Assembly: GCA_015654945.1 (NCBI GenBank)
Contig: JAATGB010000166.1
Coordinates: 1-60,678 of the forward strand
Reading direction: 5' to 3'
From: Lactobacillales bacterium
Lineage (GTDB): Bacteria > Bacillota > Bacilli > Lactobacillales > Vagococcaceae
DNA length: 60,678 bases
The notes beneath the pieces were generated by a model. It did not search any database, was not told the DNA's origin, and was given only the letters and a program-made list of their open reading frames with translations. This document shows, piece by piece, positions 24,743-35,303 of the stretch. The position numbers and the translations under genes are program-made. Positions within the stretch are counted from its first letter, which is position 1, and each line of letters opens with the position of its first letter.

Positions 24743-26504
24743 ATTTTTCCTGTACGAATTGTGCATTGTACAGATTTGCATAGTAACCATTTTTGATTTG
24801 TACTAATTCTTTATGGGAACCAATCTCGACAATAGCGCCTGCATCCATAACCAAAATAATATCCGCTTCACGAATAGTCGCTAATCGATGCGCAATCACA
24901 AAACTCGTGCGCCCTTTCATCATATTCAAAAAAGCAGCTTGAATTTTACTTTCTGTCAAGGTATCCACCGAACTTGTCGCTTCATCCAAAATCAGCATAG
25001 GCGGCTGACTAACCATTGTCCGAGCAATCGTTAATAATTGTCGTTGCCCCTCAGAAATTTTAACACCTGCACTTCCGATGATCGTTTCATACCCTTGAGG
25101 CAGTTTTTCAATAAACGAATGAACTCTGGCTGCTTTTGCTGCTTGTTTAACTTCTTGATCTGTCGCTGTGGGGTTACCAAAAACCAAGTTTTCACGAATG
25201 GTTCCATCAAACAACCACGTATCTTGTAAAACCATGCCAAACGCTTTTCGCAACGTATCTCTTGTATACGAATTAATAGGAACCTGATCAATCAAGATTT
25301 TACCTTCCCCTATCTCATAGAACCGCATCAATAAATTAACCAGTGTTGATTTGCCCGCCCCGGTTTTCCCAACAATCGCAACCGTTTCTCCAGGAGAAAC
25401 AGCAAGATTCAGATCATGAATTAAAGGCCGCTCCTGCTCATAAGAAAAAGAAACATGTTCAAAGCGCACTTCTCCTTGTGCATGTTCTAGTAACCTTGCT
25501 GTTGGCGCATCGTGTACTTCTTCTGGCTCATCTAAAATCGAAAATGTCCGTTCCAAACCAGCCAATGCTGTCTGAATCTGAGTGGTAATTCCGGATAAAT
25601 CAATAAACGGTTTCGAAAACTGACTCGAATAAATCGTAAAGCTTGAGATCACCCCAATCGTTACTCCGCCAATACCATTTAAAACAAGCAGACCACCGAC
25701 TAAGCCGATAAAGATATACGCTAAATGGTCAATAAATCGTGAAAACGGGTTCGTTAAAGAGGAAGAAAACTGTGCCTTCTGACCCCAAACATACAACTGT
25801 TCATTCAGCTCATCAAAATGACTTTGTGCTTGTTCTTCATATTGAAAAGCCTTCACAATTTTTTGATTCCCCACTACTTCTGAAACAAACCCTGCAATTT
25901 CACCTACAATTTTTTGCTGTTCAGAAAATTGATTTTGACTTGCACGTGTTACCACCCAACTAATAAAAAATAGGATCGGTGTCGTGATCAAAACAACGCA
26001 GGTTAAAACCGGATTTAACCACAACATAGAAATCAATGAAATGACGACAATGGTCATCCCTGAAAACAAAGTATTAAAAACCGCGACACAAGCTTCAGAC
26101 ACGTAATCCAGATCATTGGTAAATCGACTCATAATATTTCCATGAGAGGTCTGATCAAAATAACGCAAAGGCAAGCGATTTAAATGGTTAAACGTATCCT
26201 TGCGTAACGACGCCACAGAGGCATACGCAATCTTATTCCCAAATAGCTGGACAAACCATTGCGAGAGAACCGCGACACTTAACGTGCTTAATAGAAGCAA
26301 CAGTAGAGAAAACAAAGCAGAAAAATCTACTTTTCCTTTGCCGATCATTGTATCGACAGCTCTGCCAGTATAATAAGTCATCAAAACCGTTGTCGCACCC
26401 CCAAGAATGCCACACAGCAAGGCACTGACCATTTCGCGTTTGTATTTCATTAAATAAGGAAAAAAACGTTTGATCATTCTCGCGTTGATTTTTTTAGGAT
26501 TCAT
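24741..26504 (-). CDS. ABC exporter, fused permease/ATPase (heterodimer subunit B)
   Basis: 6-TM domain plus NBD (GKTGAGKST, ISEGQRQL, LILDEAT). Start ATG 26504 overlaps the upstream stop (ATGAATCCTAA). Confidence 0.9.
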   Translation of the reverse strand: MNPKKINARMIKRFFPYLMKYKREMVSALLCGILGGATTVLMTYYTGRAVDTMIGKGKVDFSALFSLLLLLLSTLSVAVLSQWFVQLFGNKIAYASVASLRKDTFNHLNRLPLRYFDQTSHGNIMSRFTNDLDYVSEACVAVFNTLFSGMTIVVISLISMLWLNPVLTCVVLITTPILFFISWVVTRASQNQFSEQQKIVGEIAGFVSEVVGNQKIVKAFQYEEQAQSHFDELNEQLYVWGQKAQFSSSLTNPFSRFIDHLAYIFIGLVGGLLVLNGIGGVTIGVISSFTIYSSQFSKPFIDLSGITTQIQTALAGLERTFSILDEPEEVHDAPTARLLEHAQGEVRFEHVSFSYEQERPLIHDLNLAVSPGETVAIVGKTGAGKSTLVNLLMRFYEIGEGKILIDQVPINSYTRDTLRKAFGMVLQDTWLFDGTIRENLVFGNPTATDQEVKQAAKAARVHSFIEKLPQGYETIIGSAGVKISEGQRQLLTIARTMVSQPPMLILDEATSSVDTLTESKIQAAFLNMMKGRTSFVIAHRLATIREADIILVMDAGAIVEIGSHKELVQIKNGYYANLYNAQFVQEK

Positions 26505-28233
26505 GCGCAGCACCTCCCTGCTCTTGTTGCGATGCATATATTTCTTGGTAAACAGTAGAAGTTGCCAACAATTCATTATGCGATCCAAGACCCACTTGCT
26601 GCCCATCATCTAAGACAAGAATTTGAGTTGCTTGCTGAACAGAACTAATTCGCTGTGACACAATAATTACCGTTGTATCTGTTAAATCTCTTTCTAAAGC
26701 TTGACGTAATTGTAAATCTGTTCGATAATCAAGCGCGCTAAGTGAATCATCCAAAATTAAAATCGCTGGTTTTCTTACTAAAGCACGTGCAATTGCTAAT
26801 CGTTGCCTTTGACCACCAGAAAAATTTTTACCACCAGCAAACACAGCCGTATCTAACTGCTCCGGTAGCTGTGCCACAAATTCATCACACTGTGCAGTCT
26901 TTAAAGCTTGCCAGCACGCTTCATCGCTTGCATCGACTTTTCCCCATTGCAAATTTTCACGAATACTTCCCGTAAACAAGACGCTCGTTTGCGGAACAAC
27001 CCCGATTTTCCGACGTAGATCGCTGACATTATAGTTTTTCACGTTCACCTCATCAAGCAAAACATTCCCTTCGGTACAATCATAAAAACGCGGAATTAAC
27101 TGCGTCAAAGTACTTTTCCCACTACCAGTTGGTCCAATAATTCCAAACACCTGTCCCTTTGGCAAAGCAAACGTAATCTCTTGCAACGCTAACCCACTTT
27201 CTTCGTTATATCGAAAAGAAACGTGCTCAAAAGCGAGTGCTTGTGAACTTTCAAAATGAACGGTTGAGCCAAGTTCTATTTCCTCAATACTTGGCACCGC
27301 CGCAAATACCTCATTGACACGACTTGCAGAAGCGGACGCGCGCGTAAAAATAACCACCAAATTAGAGACAACAATTAAAGCCAAAAGCATTTGCATCATA
27401 TAATTGATCAGCGCCAAAACTTCCCCCTGCTTCATACTCCCTGTATTCACCGTAAATCCACCAAGATATAACAAAATCAAAATCCCACTATTCATCATAA
27501 AGGTTGTTGCCGGAGTCAACAAAGCGGAAATATTAGCGACTCGCGTATATGCTTTTGCCAAATCATCACTCACTTCTGCTATCTTCTGCTCTTCCTTTCG
27601 CTTACGAGCAAATGCTCGAATCACGCGCACGCCCGAAAGATTCTCTCCCACTGCTCGATTTAAATGATCCAATTTATTTTGGACTTTTTTGTATAAAGGG
27701 ACCGTCTTTCTCATAATAAGCGCTAAAATAAAACAAAAAACAGGTAAGGTAATTAGAAAAATCAGCGCTATCTTCTGATTAATATAAAAAGCCATAATTA
27801 CCGAGCCCACACTTAAAAAAGGCGCCCGAATCACTAAACGGATGAGCATTGCCAGAGCAAGCTGTAGTTGATTAATATCGCTTGTAATACGCGTTATTAA
27901 GGTTGCTGTGCCAAAATCATTTAGTTCTTTGTGCGAAAAAGTATTGATCTTCTTCATCATTTCCTTGCGAAGCTCCGTTCCGAAACCCTGTGACGCTAAA
28001 GAAGAAAAATACTGACAAATCAGGACACTTCCTAATCCTATAATTGTCATTAACAGCATTTGAATTACAGTATGCACAACATATGTCTGATTTCCCTTTG
28101 CAATTCCCTGATCAACTAAGCGTGCCATATATATCGGTAAAAACAACTCCAATACCGCCTCGATAAACTTAAATACCGGGCCTAAAAAAATTTGTGTACG
28201 GTATTTTTTGGCGTATTTTAACAAAGAAATCAT
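26494..28233 (-). CDS. ABC exporter, fused permease/ATPase (heterodimer subunit A)
   Basis: 579 aa; GPTGSGKST, FSGGQRQR, LILDDSLS; translationally coupled to the downstream partner. Confidence 0.9.
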   Translation of the reverse strand: MISLLKYAKKYRTQIFLGPVFKFIEAVLELFLPIYMARLVDQGIAKGNQTYVVHTVIQMLLMTIIGLGSVLICQYFSSLASQGFGTELRKEMMKKINTFSHKELNDFGTATLITRITSDINQLQLALAMLIRLVIRAPFLSVGSVIMAFYINQKIALIFLITLPVFCFILALIMRKTVPLYKKVQNKLDHLNRAVGENLSGVRVIRAFARKRKEEQKIAEVSDDLAKAYTRVANISALLTPATTFMMNSGILILLYLGGFTVNTGSMKQGEVLALINYMMQMLLALIVVSNLVVIFTRASASASRVNEVFAAVPSIEEIELGSTVHFESSQALAFEHVSFRYNEESGLALQEITFALPKGQVFGIIGPTGSGKSTLTQLIPRFYDCTEGNVLLDEVNVKNYNVSDLRRKIGVVPQTSVLFTGSIRENLQWGKVDASDEACWQALKTAQCDEFVAQLPEQLDTAVFAGGKNFSGGQRQRLAIARALVRKPAILILDDSLSALDYRTDLQLRQALERDLTDTTVIIVSQRISSVQQATQILVLDDGQQVGLGSHNELLATSTVYQEIYASQQEQGGAAHES

Positions 28234-28381
28234 CCGACTCTTCCCTTCTGTTACATGTTCAATTTATTTTATTGTACTTCAATTGCATAGAGAAAGGAAG
28301 AATATGAAAATTTCATAAAAAAAAGACAAATATTTTTTAATTTGTTACAATATGAGCAAGTACTACTACAGGAGGATTTTC

Positions 28382-29005
28382 ATGGCAAAAATAAGTGAAG
28401 TCATTTTATTATTTTTTATTTATTCTGTAATTGGCTGGTTATGGGAAACGATTTATTGTTCATTGAAAGCAAAAAAATTTGTGTACAGAGGCTTCCTAAT
28501 TGGTCCTTATTGTCCCGTTTATGGCTTTGGCGTGTTACTCGTTTTATATTTCATAGAACCCTATCAGAATAATCTCGCATTTCTATATCTCTATTCCTCG
28601 CTGCTCGTTACCATTTTAGAGTATCTTACTAGCTACATTCTCGAAAAACTATTTCACGCTTCTTGGTGGGACTATACAGATGTTCCCTTAAATATAAATG
28701 GTCGTGTTGCTCTTCCGATCTCGCTTTTTTGGGGATTTGGATGTGTTCTTATAATAGAAGTAATTCAACCGAAAGTACTGCTCTTTGAACACTTTCTTTT
28801 CCAAACATTCACTTTTTATTTACCCATACTTTTGCTCCTTTTATTGGCAGCAGATTTACTAAAAACCGTGACCGAAATGAAATCTTTTCAAAAAATCAGT
28901 CAAGAATGGACACAACTTATCGAAACAACAAAAAACGATTTACAAAAACAGGCGCAAGAATTATCTACAAAGACAGCAAATCTAAAAACAGACGCAGAAA
29001 CTTGA
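28382..29005 (+). CDS. Membrane protein of the 'putative ABC-transporter type IV' (PF06541-like) family; may be truncated by an in-frame TGA
   Basis: FFIYSVIGWLWETIYCS..RGFLIGPYCPVYGFG signature; ATG 28382 after AGGAGG. The frame stays open for 51 more codons after TGA 29003-29005. Confidence 0.7.
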   Translation: MAKISEVILLFFIYSVIGWLWETIYCSLKAKKFVYRGFLIGPYCPVYGFGVLLVLYFIEPYQNNLAFLYLYSSLLVTILEYLTSYILEKLFHASWWDYTDVPLNINGRVALPISLFWGFGCVLIIEVIQPKVLLFEHFLFQTFTFYLPILLLLLLAADLLKTVTEMKSFQKISQEWTQLIETTKNDLQKQAQELSTKTANLKTDAET

Positions 29006-29358
29006 CTGCAACAAATTAAAAAGCAAGAAACTTCTCAGCCGCATCTTCCTAGACTTACGTATAGCCAACGACGCTCTTTAAAAAACTTTCGCCATTTAAA
29101 AATCAAGGGTGTCGAAAACTTAACTGATCTCAAAAAACTATTCAAAGATTGGAAAAACTAAAGAATTATCTTCCAAATAAAAAGAGTAATTGCTCATTTT
29201 TTCACCTATTTTACCAATTATTTTAATAAAAATGCTTATTTTTCTTTTATTATCGCATAAATAAAGGACATGAAAAAAAGAAGGAAACTCACTATTTATA
29301 AGTGTTTATCCCTAATTATATTACATTTTTTTGTTATTAATTAACTTTTTGTAACAAT

Positions 29359-29375
29359 CTGTAAAGAAACTGTTA
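29359..29375 (+). promoter_or_regulatory. WalR (YycF/VicR) binding-site consensus
   Basis: TGTAAA-GAAAC-TGTTAC fits TGTWAH-N5-TGTWAH exactly. An extra TGTAAC sits at 29349-29354. TATAAT at 29397-29402. Confidence 0.5.
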
Positions 29376-29445
29376 CATTAAAGCTATTTTTTATTAGTAT
29401 AATTAGGAAGTTGAAAAAGTGAATAACGAAAGGTGTTGTCTTTTT

Positions 29446-30570
29446 GTGAAAGTGAAAAAGATGCTAACACTTGCAATTGTTGCCCTACTCGCTGGAACCG
29501 TTTCTCCTTTATTTGCATCTGCGAAAACGGTAGATGAAATTAAACAAGAAGAAAATACGGTTACCGAGCAAGGAGTAACGCTTAATTCAGAAATTCAAGT
29601 TGCATTAGATGAAGTAAACCAAAAATATCGAGACTTGGAAAAATTAAAGCAAGATGTTACTCAAGCGGAATCTACAATTACTACCACTCAAGAGAAAATT
29701 AAAAAAACTCAAGATAGTATTAAAAAAAGAACCCGCACTATGGTAGAACGAATGCAAGATGCGCAAATTAAAGGGACACAAGATCAAAGCTTACAAATGT
29801 TGTTAGATTCAGAAAGTCTTTCAGATTTCTTAAATCGAGTTTATGCCTATACGACAATTCAAACTGCTGAAAACTCTAAAGTAGAATCTTTGTACAATGA
29901 CAAAGAAAAATTAGCAACAATGAAAGATAAATTAAGCACCACAAAGAAAACACTTGTTGAAAAACAAGCCACTGCCGAAAAACAAGCGGCAGATTTAGAT
30001 ACGAAAGTTGCGTCACTACAAACCGAATTGAAGAATAATCAAGTACAACTGGAACAACTTTCTTCAGATCGTAAATCAGAAGAAGAGAAGGCTGCGAAAG
30101 AAGCTCAAGCCGCAAAAGATAAACAAGCGGCAGCTGAAAAAGCACAAAAGGAAACCGTCGCTTCAAGTAGCGAAACAAGCTCCTCTTCATCAACTACAGA
30201 TACAACAGAAAATACGAGCACACCTGATAATAACTCAAACAATAATCAGGGAAATGATACGGACGATAATAATAACAACTCTGGTACAAGTAAAAATGGA
30301 GAAGCCACAGCCTATGTTGCAACTGGTCACAATACGGCCTCAGGAACTGTACCTACTCCTGGTCGAACAATTGCTGTTGATCGCTCGGTAATCCCACTAG
30401 GTTCTTTAGTTAAAATCGTCGTTCCAAGTGCACCGCAATATAGTGGTTACTATGTTGCAGAAGATACAGGTGGTGCGGTGTCTGGAAATATTATTGATAT
30501 CTTTGTTGGTAGCAACGCAGAAGCAACTAGCTTTGGTAGACGTGCTATTACCTTTTCTATTGGCAATTAA
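29446..30570 (+). CDS. Secreted cell-wall hydrolase-like protein: coiled-coil N-terminal region, Ser/Thr/Asn-rich linker and C-terminal 3D (MltA/RlpA-like barrel) domain
   Basis: Signal peptide ..LFASA. Heptad-rich K/E/Q region. C-terminus ATAYVATGHNTASG..GRTIAVD..YVAEDTGGAV.GN.IDIF. Start uncertain (GTG 29446 or 29419). Confidence 0.8.
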   Translation: MKVKKMLTLAIVALLAGTVSPLFASAKTVDEIKQEENTVTEQGVTLNSEIQVALDEVNQKYRDLEKLKQDVTQAESTITTTQEKIKKTQDSIKKRTRTMVERMQDAQIKGTQDQSLQMLLDSESLSDFLNRVYAYTTIQTAENSKVESLYNDKEKLATMKDKLSTTKKTLVEKQATAEKQAADLDTKVASLQTELKNNQVQLEQLSSDRKSEEEKAAKEAQAAKDKQAAAEKAQKETVASSSETSSSSSTTDTTENTSTPDNNSNNNQGNDTDDNNNNSGTSKNGEATAYVATGHNTASGTVPTPGRTIAVDRSVIPLGSLVKIVVPSAPQYSGYYVAEDTGGAVSGNIIDIFVGSNAEATSFGRRAITFSIGN

Positions 30571-30577
30571 ACACTTA

Positions 30578-30612
30578 AAAAGAAGTAGAGAACCTTTTCT
30601 GCTTCTTTTTTT
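30578..30612 (+). terminator. Intrinsic terminator
   Basis: AGAAGTAGAG..TCTGCTTCT followed by T8. Confidence 0.7.
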
Positions 30613-30650
30613 ATAAATTTTATCCACTTATACCTAACGAAAGGACAAAA

Positions 30651-31256
30651 ATGATGATTAGATCAGCTGAACCAAAGGATTGTGATGAATATTTATCCCT
30701 TCTTTTTATTATTTTAAAAGACATGGAACTCTCTTTAATTCAAGATCTTGGTGAAAAAAAAGTATTTGAATTGATGAAACAAGCTTCTGCACGGCCTGCT
30801 TACCGTTACCACCCTTCTCGCGGCATTGTTTGCGAAATTGCCGGAGAAATTGCCGGAATTGCGTTTGGCTACACACACGAAGAGGAAGCAATTATTGACA
30901 TTCCTTTACAACAATTACTCGAAAAAAAAGGACTATCTGCTGACAAAAAACTCTTTTATGAACAAGAATCACTGGCTCATGAATGGTATTTAGACAGCCT
31001 TGTGGTTTCTCCAAAATATAGAGGAAAAGGAATCGCATCGAATTTACTTGACGCGTTACCTGCGCGCGCAAAAGAAGCGAATAAAACCATAATTGGATTA
31101 AATGTCGATCAAGCCAATCCGAAAGCAAAAAAACTCTATCAAAAAAAAGGCTTTCAGACTGTAAGCCAACGAACATTGAGTGGTCATCTTTATGACCATA
31201 TGCAAAAAGAAATGATCAGCCAAAGTGAATTTTCAGTACCAACACGCACTACCTAA
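30651..31256 (+). CDS. GNAT family N-acetyltransferase
   Basis: 201 aa; acetyl-CoA motif VSPKYRGKGIASNLL. Confidence 0.8.
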   Translation: MMIRSAEPKDCDEYLSLLFIILKDMELSLIQDLGEKKVFELMKQASARPAYRYHPSRGIVCEIAGEIAGIAFGYTHEEEAIIDIPLQQLLEKKGLSADKKLFYEQESLAHEWYLDSLVVSPKYRGKGIASNLLDALPARAKEANKTIIGLNVDQANPKAKKLYQKKGFQTVSQRTLSGHLYDHMQKEMISQSEFSVPTRTT

Positions 31257-31270
31257 AGTAAGATACATCA

Positions 31271-31308
31271 AAAATAACACTGATTGAATTTAATCAGTGT
31301 TATTTTTT
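31271..31308. terminator. Bidirectional terminator
   Basis: AAAATAACACTGATT..AATCAGTGTTATTTTTT. Confidence 0.85.
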
Positions 31309-31328
31309 AAGTGCTTTAACTGTCCTTT

Positions 31329-31856
31329 TCAGCAACCACCCCAGATAATTTGAGGTTTTTTTAAACCCAACTTTTCACTGACGCCTTTTTTATTACGTAA
31401 CCAATAATTTAACACTGCAGCAATACAAATACAGAGTGGCGCATCCTCATCCGCTTCAACCGACAATGCATAAAAATCACCAGAAGATAAAATGGTCTCT
31501 TCCATTTCCATTACTTTTCGACCTAACTGATAAATTGAGTAATGATGCTCAGATATATTTCCCAACACGACCCAATTTAGATGATGAATATAGTAGAAAT
31601 CACGATTGAACGAAAGAATTTTTTGTAGTGTTCCGACTTTTTCAAATCCTTTATATAAATCAAAACGAGAACCTGCGACAAAAGAGACCTGTTTAATACT
31701 CGCAACGATCTCACCGTTCATTTGATAAAGAGAAAGCGCATCTCCTCTTGTTCCCCAGCGCCCCACAAGTAAAAAAATAGGAGTTCCCTTTTCGTCTTTA
31801 ATAATTGTACGGCTATTACTGGAAAGTAATTTCTGTTGTACATAAAATTTTGACAT
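31329..31856 (-). CDS. Tubby C-terminal-like / LURP-one-related (YxjI-like) family protein
   Basis: 175 aa; beta-rich pattern with F.V.QK.... opening typical of the family. The assignment is from recall only. Confidence 0.5.
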   Translation of the reverse strand: MSKFYVQQKLLSSNSRTIIKDEKGTPIFLLVGRWGTRGDALSLYQMNGEIVASIKQVSFVAGSRFDLYKGFEKVGTLQKILSFNRDFYYIHHLNWVVLGNISEHHYSIYQLGRKVMEMEETILSSGDFYALSVEADEDAPLCICIAAVLNYWLRNKKGVSEKLGLKKPQIIWGGC

Positions 31857-31884
31857 ATCAGTTTCTCCTTACTCTTTTACAAAA

Positions 31885-32754
31885 TTACAAGTTTTCGTTA
31901 ATTGCTCGCATGATCGCCTCACCAACACCATTTTCTAAATTCGTCGCTGTCTCATATTTAGCGACTTCTTTTACTCTTTTTTCGCCATTCCCCATTGCAA
32001 AACTCACACCAGCTATTTTCAACATGCTGATATCATTCAAATTATCCCCAATTGTCATCACTTGGCTAAGAGGAATTCCCATTTGTTTGGCAATTCTTTC
32101 GACAGCGTATCCCTTCTGGGCACTTTTATGATTGATTTCAATATTGGTAGTATGAGAAGAGGTCACAATCACATCTGCTAAATTTTCTAACTCTTCTGCA
32201 GTTGGCTTCAATACTTTTGGTCCTTCTTGACTAAAAACAATAAATTTCAATACTTCAAGCTGGTCATTATCAAGTAATGTATCATAATTTTTAACATAAT
32301 TGATATGCAGCATCTCAATATGGGCAGCTGCCATTGCTAATGCCATTTTAAAAGTGAGATGTTCTAATTGATTGGCTAGATAGGCGGCCGTGTTTTCCAA
32401 ACGATTGGCTTGACTATTCGAATAAATACCTTGATTCGTTGCCATTTCAAAATATAAACCGCGCGATTCCAATATCTCTATCACTTTTCGAGCATTTTCC
32501 TTTTCAATGCCAATCGTAAATAATACCTGACCCTTTTCATCAAACGCTTGGGCACCATTGACATTAATCATGGAACAAACAATTCCAGCTTCGTCTAAAG
32601 CTGGTTTTGCTTCCGCATGTCCTCTACCCGTAGCGACCATAAACACAATTCCACGCCGATTCGCTTCCTCAATAGCCGCAACATTACTTTCTGAAATATT
32701 CATCTTAGCGCCAAATAGTGTACCATCCATATCAGATGCAATTAATTTGATCAT
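31885..32754 (-). CDS. Cof-type HAD-IIB phosphatase
   Basis: IASDMDGTL (DxDGT), [13 protein letters not shown] motifs. Confidence 0.85.
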   Translation of the reverse strand: MIKLIASDMDGTLFGAKMNISESNVAAIEEANRRGIVFMVATGRGHAEAKPALDEAGIVCSMINVNGAQAFDEKGQVLFTIGIEKENARKVIEILESRGLYFEMATNQGIYSNSQANRLENTAAYLANQLEHLTFKMALAMAAAHIEMLHINYVKNYDTLLDNDQLEVLKFIVFSQEGPKVLKPTAEELENLADVIVTSSHTTNIEINHKSAQKGYAVERIAKQMGIPLSQVMTIGDNLNDISMLKIAGVSFAMGNGEKRVKEVAKYETATNLENGVGEAIMRAINENL

Positions 32755-32880
32755 GTGTTTCCTCCTACTTATTCTTCTATTTTTAGTTTACCACTTTTTT
32801 TAAGTTTCAGAAACTACTTTATCATTCAGCTTGCTACTCCTGCTTATTTTTTGTATGCTAGAGTAAAAGGAGTGAACAGC

Positions 32881-33564
32881 ATGAAAACCATTATCCATAA
32901 TAGCTGGCAAGCTATTTTAGAGGAGGAATTTAAAAAAGAGTATTACCTCCACCTCCGCGACTTTTTAAAAACAGAATACCATACACAAGAAATCTATCCC
33001 GACATGTTTCATATTTACGAAGCCTTTGAATGGACTCCCTATGACAAAGTAAAAGTTGTCATTTTAGGACAAGATCCTTATCACGGTCCAAGTCAAGCTC
33101 ACGGATTAAGTTTTTCAGTCAAACCGGGTGTCAAAATCCCGCCTTCTTTAGCGAATATCTACAAAGAGCTGAAGGATGATTTAGGCTATCCTCCAGTCTC
33201 ACACGGCTACTTAGAAAAGTGGGCGAAGCAAGGCGTTCTGCTGCTAAACACTGTGCTAACCGTTCGAAATGGACAAGCCTATTCGCACCGTGGCAAAGGT
33301 TGGGAACAACTAACAGATAAAGTAATTGAGAAATTAAACGAGCGCGCACAACCAATTGTCTTCATTTTATGGGGAAAACCAGCGCAAGAAAAAGAAAAAA
33401 TGATTGATGCTTCCAAACATATTATTCTAAAAGCACCTCACCCAAGCCCGCTATCTGCTCATCGCGGTTTTTTTGGATCGAAACCGTTTTCAAAAACCAA
33501 TAACGCATTGATTGCTTTAGGAGAAACTCCAATTGATTGGGAACTCCCACAAACTGTACAATAA
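32881..33564 (+). CDS. ung: Uracil-DNA glycosylase
   Basis: [18 protein letters not shown] motifs; ATG 32881 after AAAGGAG. Confidence 0.95.
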   Translation: MKTIIHNSWQAILEEEFKKEYYLHLRDFLKTEYHTQEIYPDMFHIYEAFEWTPYDKVKVVILGQDPYHGPSQAHGLSFSVKPGVKIPPSLANIYKELKDDLGYPPVSHGYLEKWAKQGVLLLNTVLTVRNGQAYSHRGKGWEQLTDKVIEKLNERAQPIVFILWGKPAQEKEKMIDASKHIILKAPHPSPLSAHRGFFGSKPFSKTNNALIALGETPIDWELPQTVQ

Positions 33565-33717
33565 TTTATTTAAATCTGTTTCACTTTATAAATAAATAAT
33601 CTTGAATTGATTATCATATTGCTTTTTTTATTAATAAAACAGCAAAAAAAACTGTCCTTTTTATTTAAAAAGGTGTATAGTAAAAGAGAAAATATTAACC
33701 AAGTTGGAGGAACGAAA

Positions 33718-34698
33718 GTGGAATTATTTGATAGCTTAAAATTTAAAATTGTTCGCCGTAATACAAAAATCGTATTCCCAGAAGCTACGGATTCACGAAT
33801 TCTTGGAGCAGCCATTCGATTACGCTCAGAAGACTTAGTAGAACCCATCCTAATTGGTGATGAAACAGAGGTCATCAATGCTGCGCATAATCGTGGATTG
33901 AAAACAACAGGTCTAACCATCATTGATCCTAAAAAATATGATCGCTTCGATGAAATGGTTGCCACTTTTGTTGAACGTCGTAAGGGAAAAGCAAGCGAAG
34001 ATCAAGCACGTACAATCTTACTTGATCCTAATTATTTTGGTACGATGCTTACGTACATGGGCATCGCTGATGGCATGGTGAGTGGCGCTGTTCATTCAAC
34101 CGGTGATACCGTTCGACCTGCACTTCAAATTATTAAAACAAAACCGGGTGTTTCTCGGACAAGTGGTGCATTTCTAATGGTTCGTGGCCGTGATCAAGAA
34201 AAATATCTTTTTTCAGATTGTGCCATCAACATCAATCCTGATGCACAAGCTTTAGCTGAAATTGCGGTTGAAAGTGCTAAAACAGCCGAATTATTTGATA
34301 TTAAACCCAAAGTTGCTTTGCTTAGCTTCTCAACAAAGGGCTCTGCCGCTTCAGAAGAAGTAACCAAGGTTGCCGAAGCAACGAAAATCGCCAAAGAATT
34401 AGCGCCTCAATATGAAATTGATGGTGAATTGCAATTTGATGCTGCTTATGTTTCTGCTGTTGCACAACAAAAAGCACCTGATTCAAATGTTGCAGGTTCT
34501 GCGACTGTTTTCGTCTTTCCAGAGATCCAATCGGGAAATATTGGCTACAAAATTGCACAACGTTTAGGTAACTTTGAAGCTATTGGTCCGATCTTACAAG
34601 GATTAAACAAACCAGTTTCTGATTTATCACGTGGTTGTAACGAAGAGGATGTTTATAAACTTTCAATTATTACTGCTGCACAAACTCTATTAGTATAA
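33718..34698 (+). CDS. pta: Phosphate acetyltransferase
   Basis: About 326 aa, Pta-only type; VSGAVHSTGDT, SDCAIN motifs; GTG 33718 after GGAGG. Confidence 0.93.
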   Translation: MELFDSLKFKIVRRNTKIVFPEATDSRILGAAIRLRSEDLVEPILIGDETEVINAAHNRGLKTTGLTIIDPKKYDRFDEMVATFVERRKGKASEDQARTILLDPNYFGTMLTYMGIADGMVSGAVHSTGDTVRPALQIIKTKPGVSRTSGAFLMVRGRDQEKYLFSDCAININPDAQALAEIAVESAKTAELFDIKPKVALLSFSTKGSAASEEVTKVAEATKIAKELAPQYEIDGELQFDAAYVSAVAQQKAPDSNVAGSATVFVFPEIQSGNIGYKIAQRLGNFEAIGPILQGLNKPVSDLSRGCNEEDVYKLSIITAAQTLLV

Positions 34699-34710
34699 TT
34701 TGAATACAGA

Positions 34711-34741
34711 AGACTTGGGCAAGCCCTAAGTCTTTTTTTTA
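34711..34741 (+). terminator. Intrinsic terminator after pta
   Basis: AGACTTGGGC..GCCCTAAGTCT followed by T8. Confidence 0.7.
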
Positions 34742-34824
34742 TCGAATTTTATAACAGAAAACTAGTTTTTTTGCTTCAATACAGGTATACTTGTAATAAA
34801 TTATTCGGACCGGGAGGCTTTCCT

Positions 34825-35286
34825 TTGGAAACAATAAGCGCAACAGATGTAGACGAAACGCTTAAAATTGCAAAAAAAATTGGCAAAATTTTACAACCCA
34901 AAGACATCCTTATTTTATCTGGCGAGCTAGGCGCAGGAAAAACGACGTTTACAAAGGGAATTGCTCTGGGTTTGGAAATTCCTGAACTCATTAAAAGCCC
35001 TACCTATACATTGATTCGTGAATATTCTAGTGGCCGTCTTCCTTTGTACCACATGGATGTCTACCGCGTAGCAGAAGGAGCAGATGAACTAGGCTTAGAT
35101 GAATACTTTGAGAGTGAGGGGGTTTGTGTAGTTGAATGGGGCAAACTAATTGAGAAAGAACTTCCACCAGATTATCTTGAGATTACCCTCCATGCACAAA
35201 ATGATGCACGTACGCTAACATTTCAGCCTGTAGGGAGTGGTGGTTCAAACTTATTTCAAAGAGTAAAAAAGACATTAAAAAAATAA
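34825..35286 (+). CDS. tsaE: tRNA t6A37 biosynthesis ATPase TsaE
   Basis: Walker A GELGAGKTTFTKG; SPTYTL; HMDVYR; TTG 34825 after GGGAGG. Confidence 0.85.
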   Translation: METISATDVDETLKIAKKIGKILQPKDILILSGELGAGKTTFTKGIALGLEIPELIKSPTYTLIREYSSGRLPLYHMDVYRVAEGADELGLDEYFESEGVCVVEWGKLIEKELPPDYLEITLHAQNDARTLTFQPVGSGGSNLFQRVKKTLKK

Positions 35287-35303
35287 GAAGGGAATCTCTT
35301 CCT

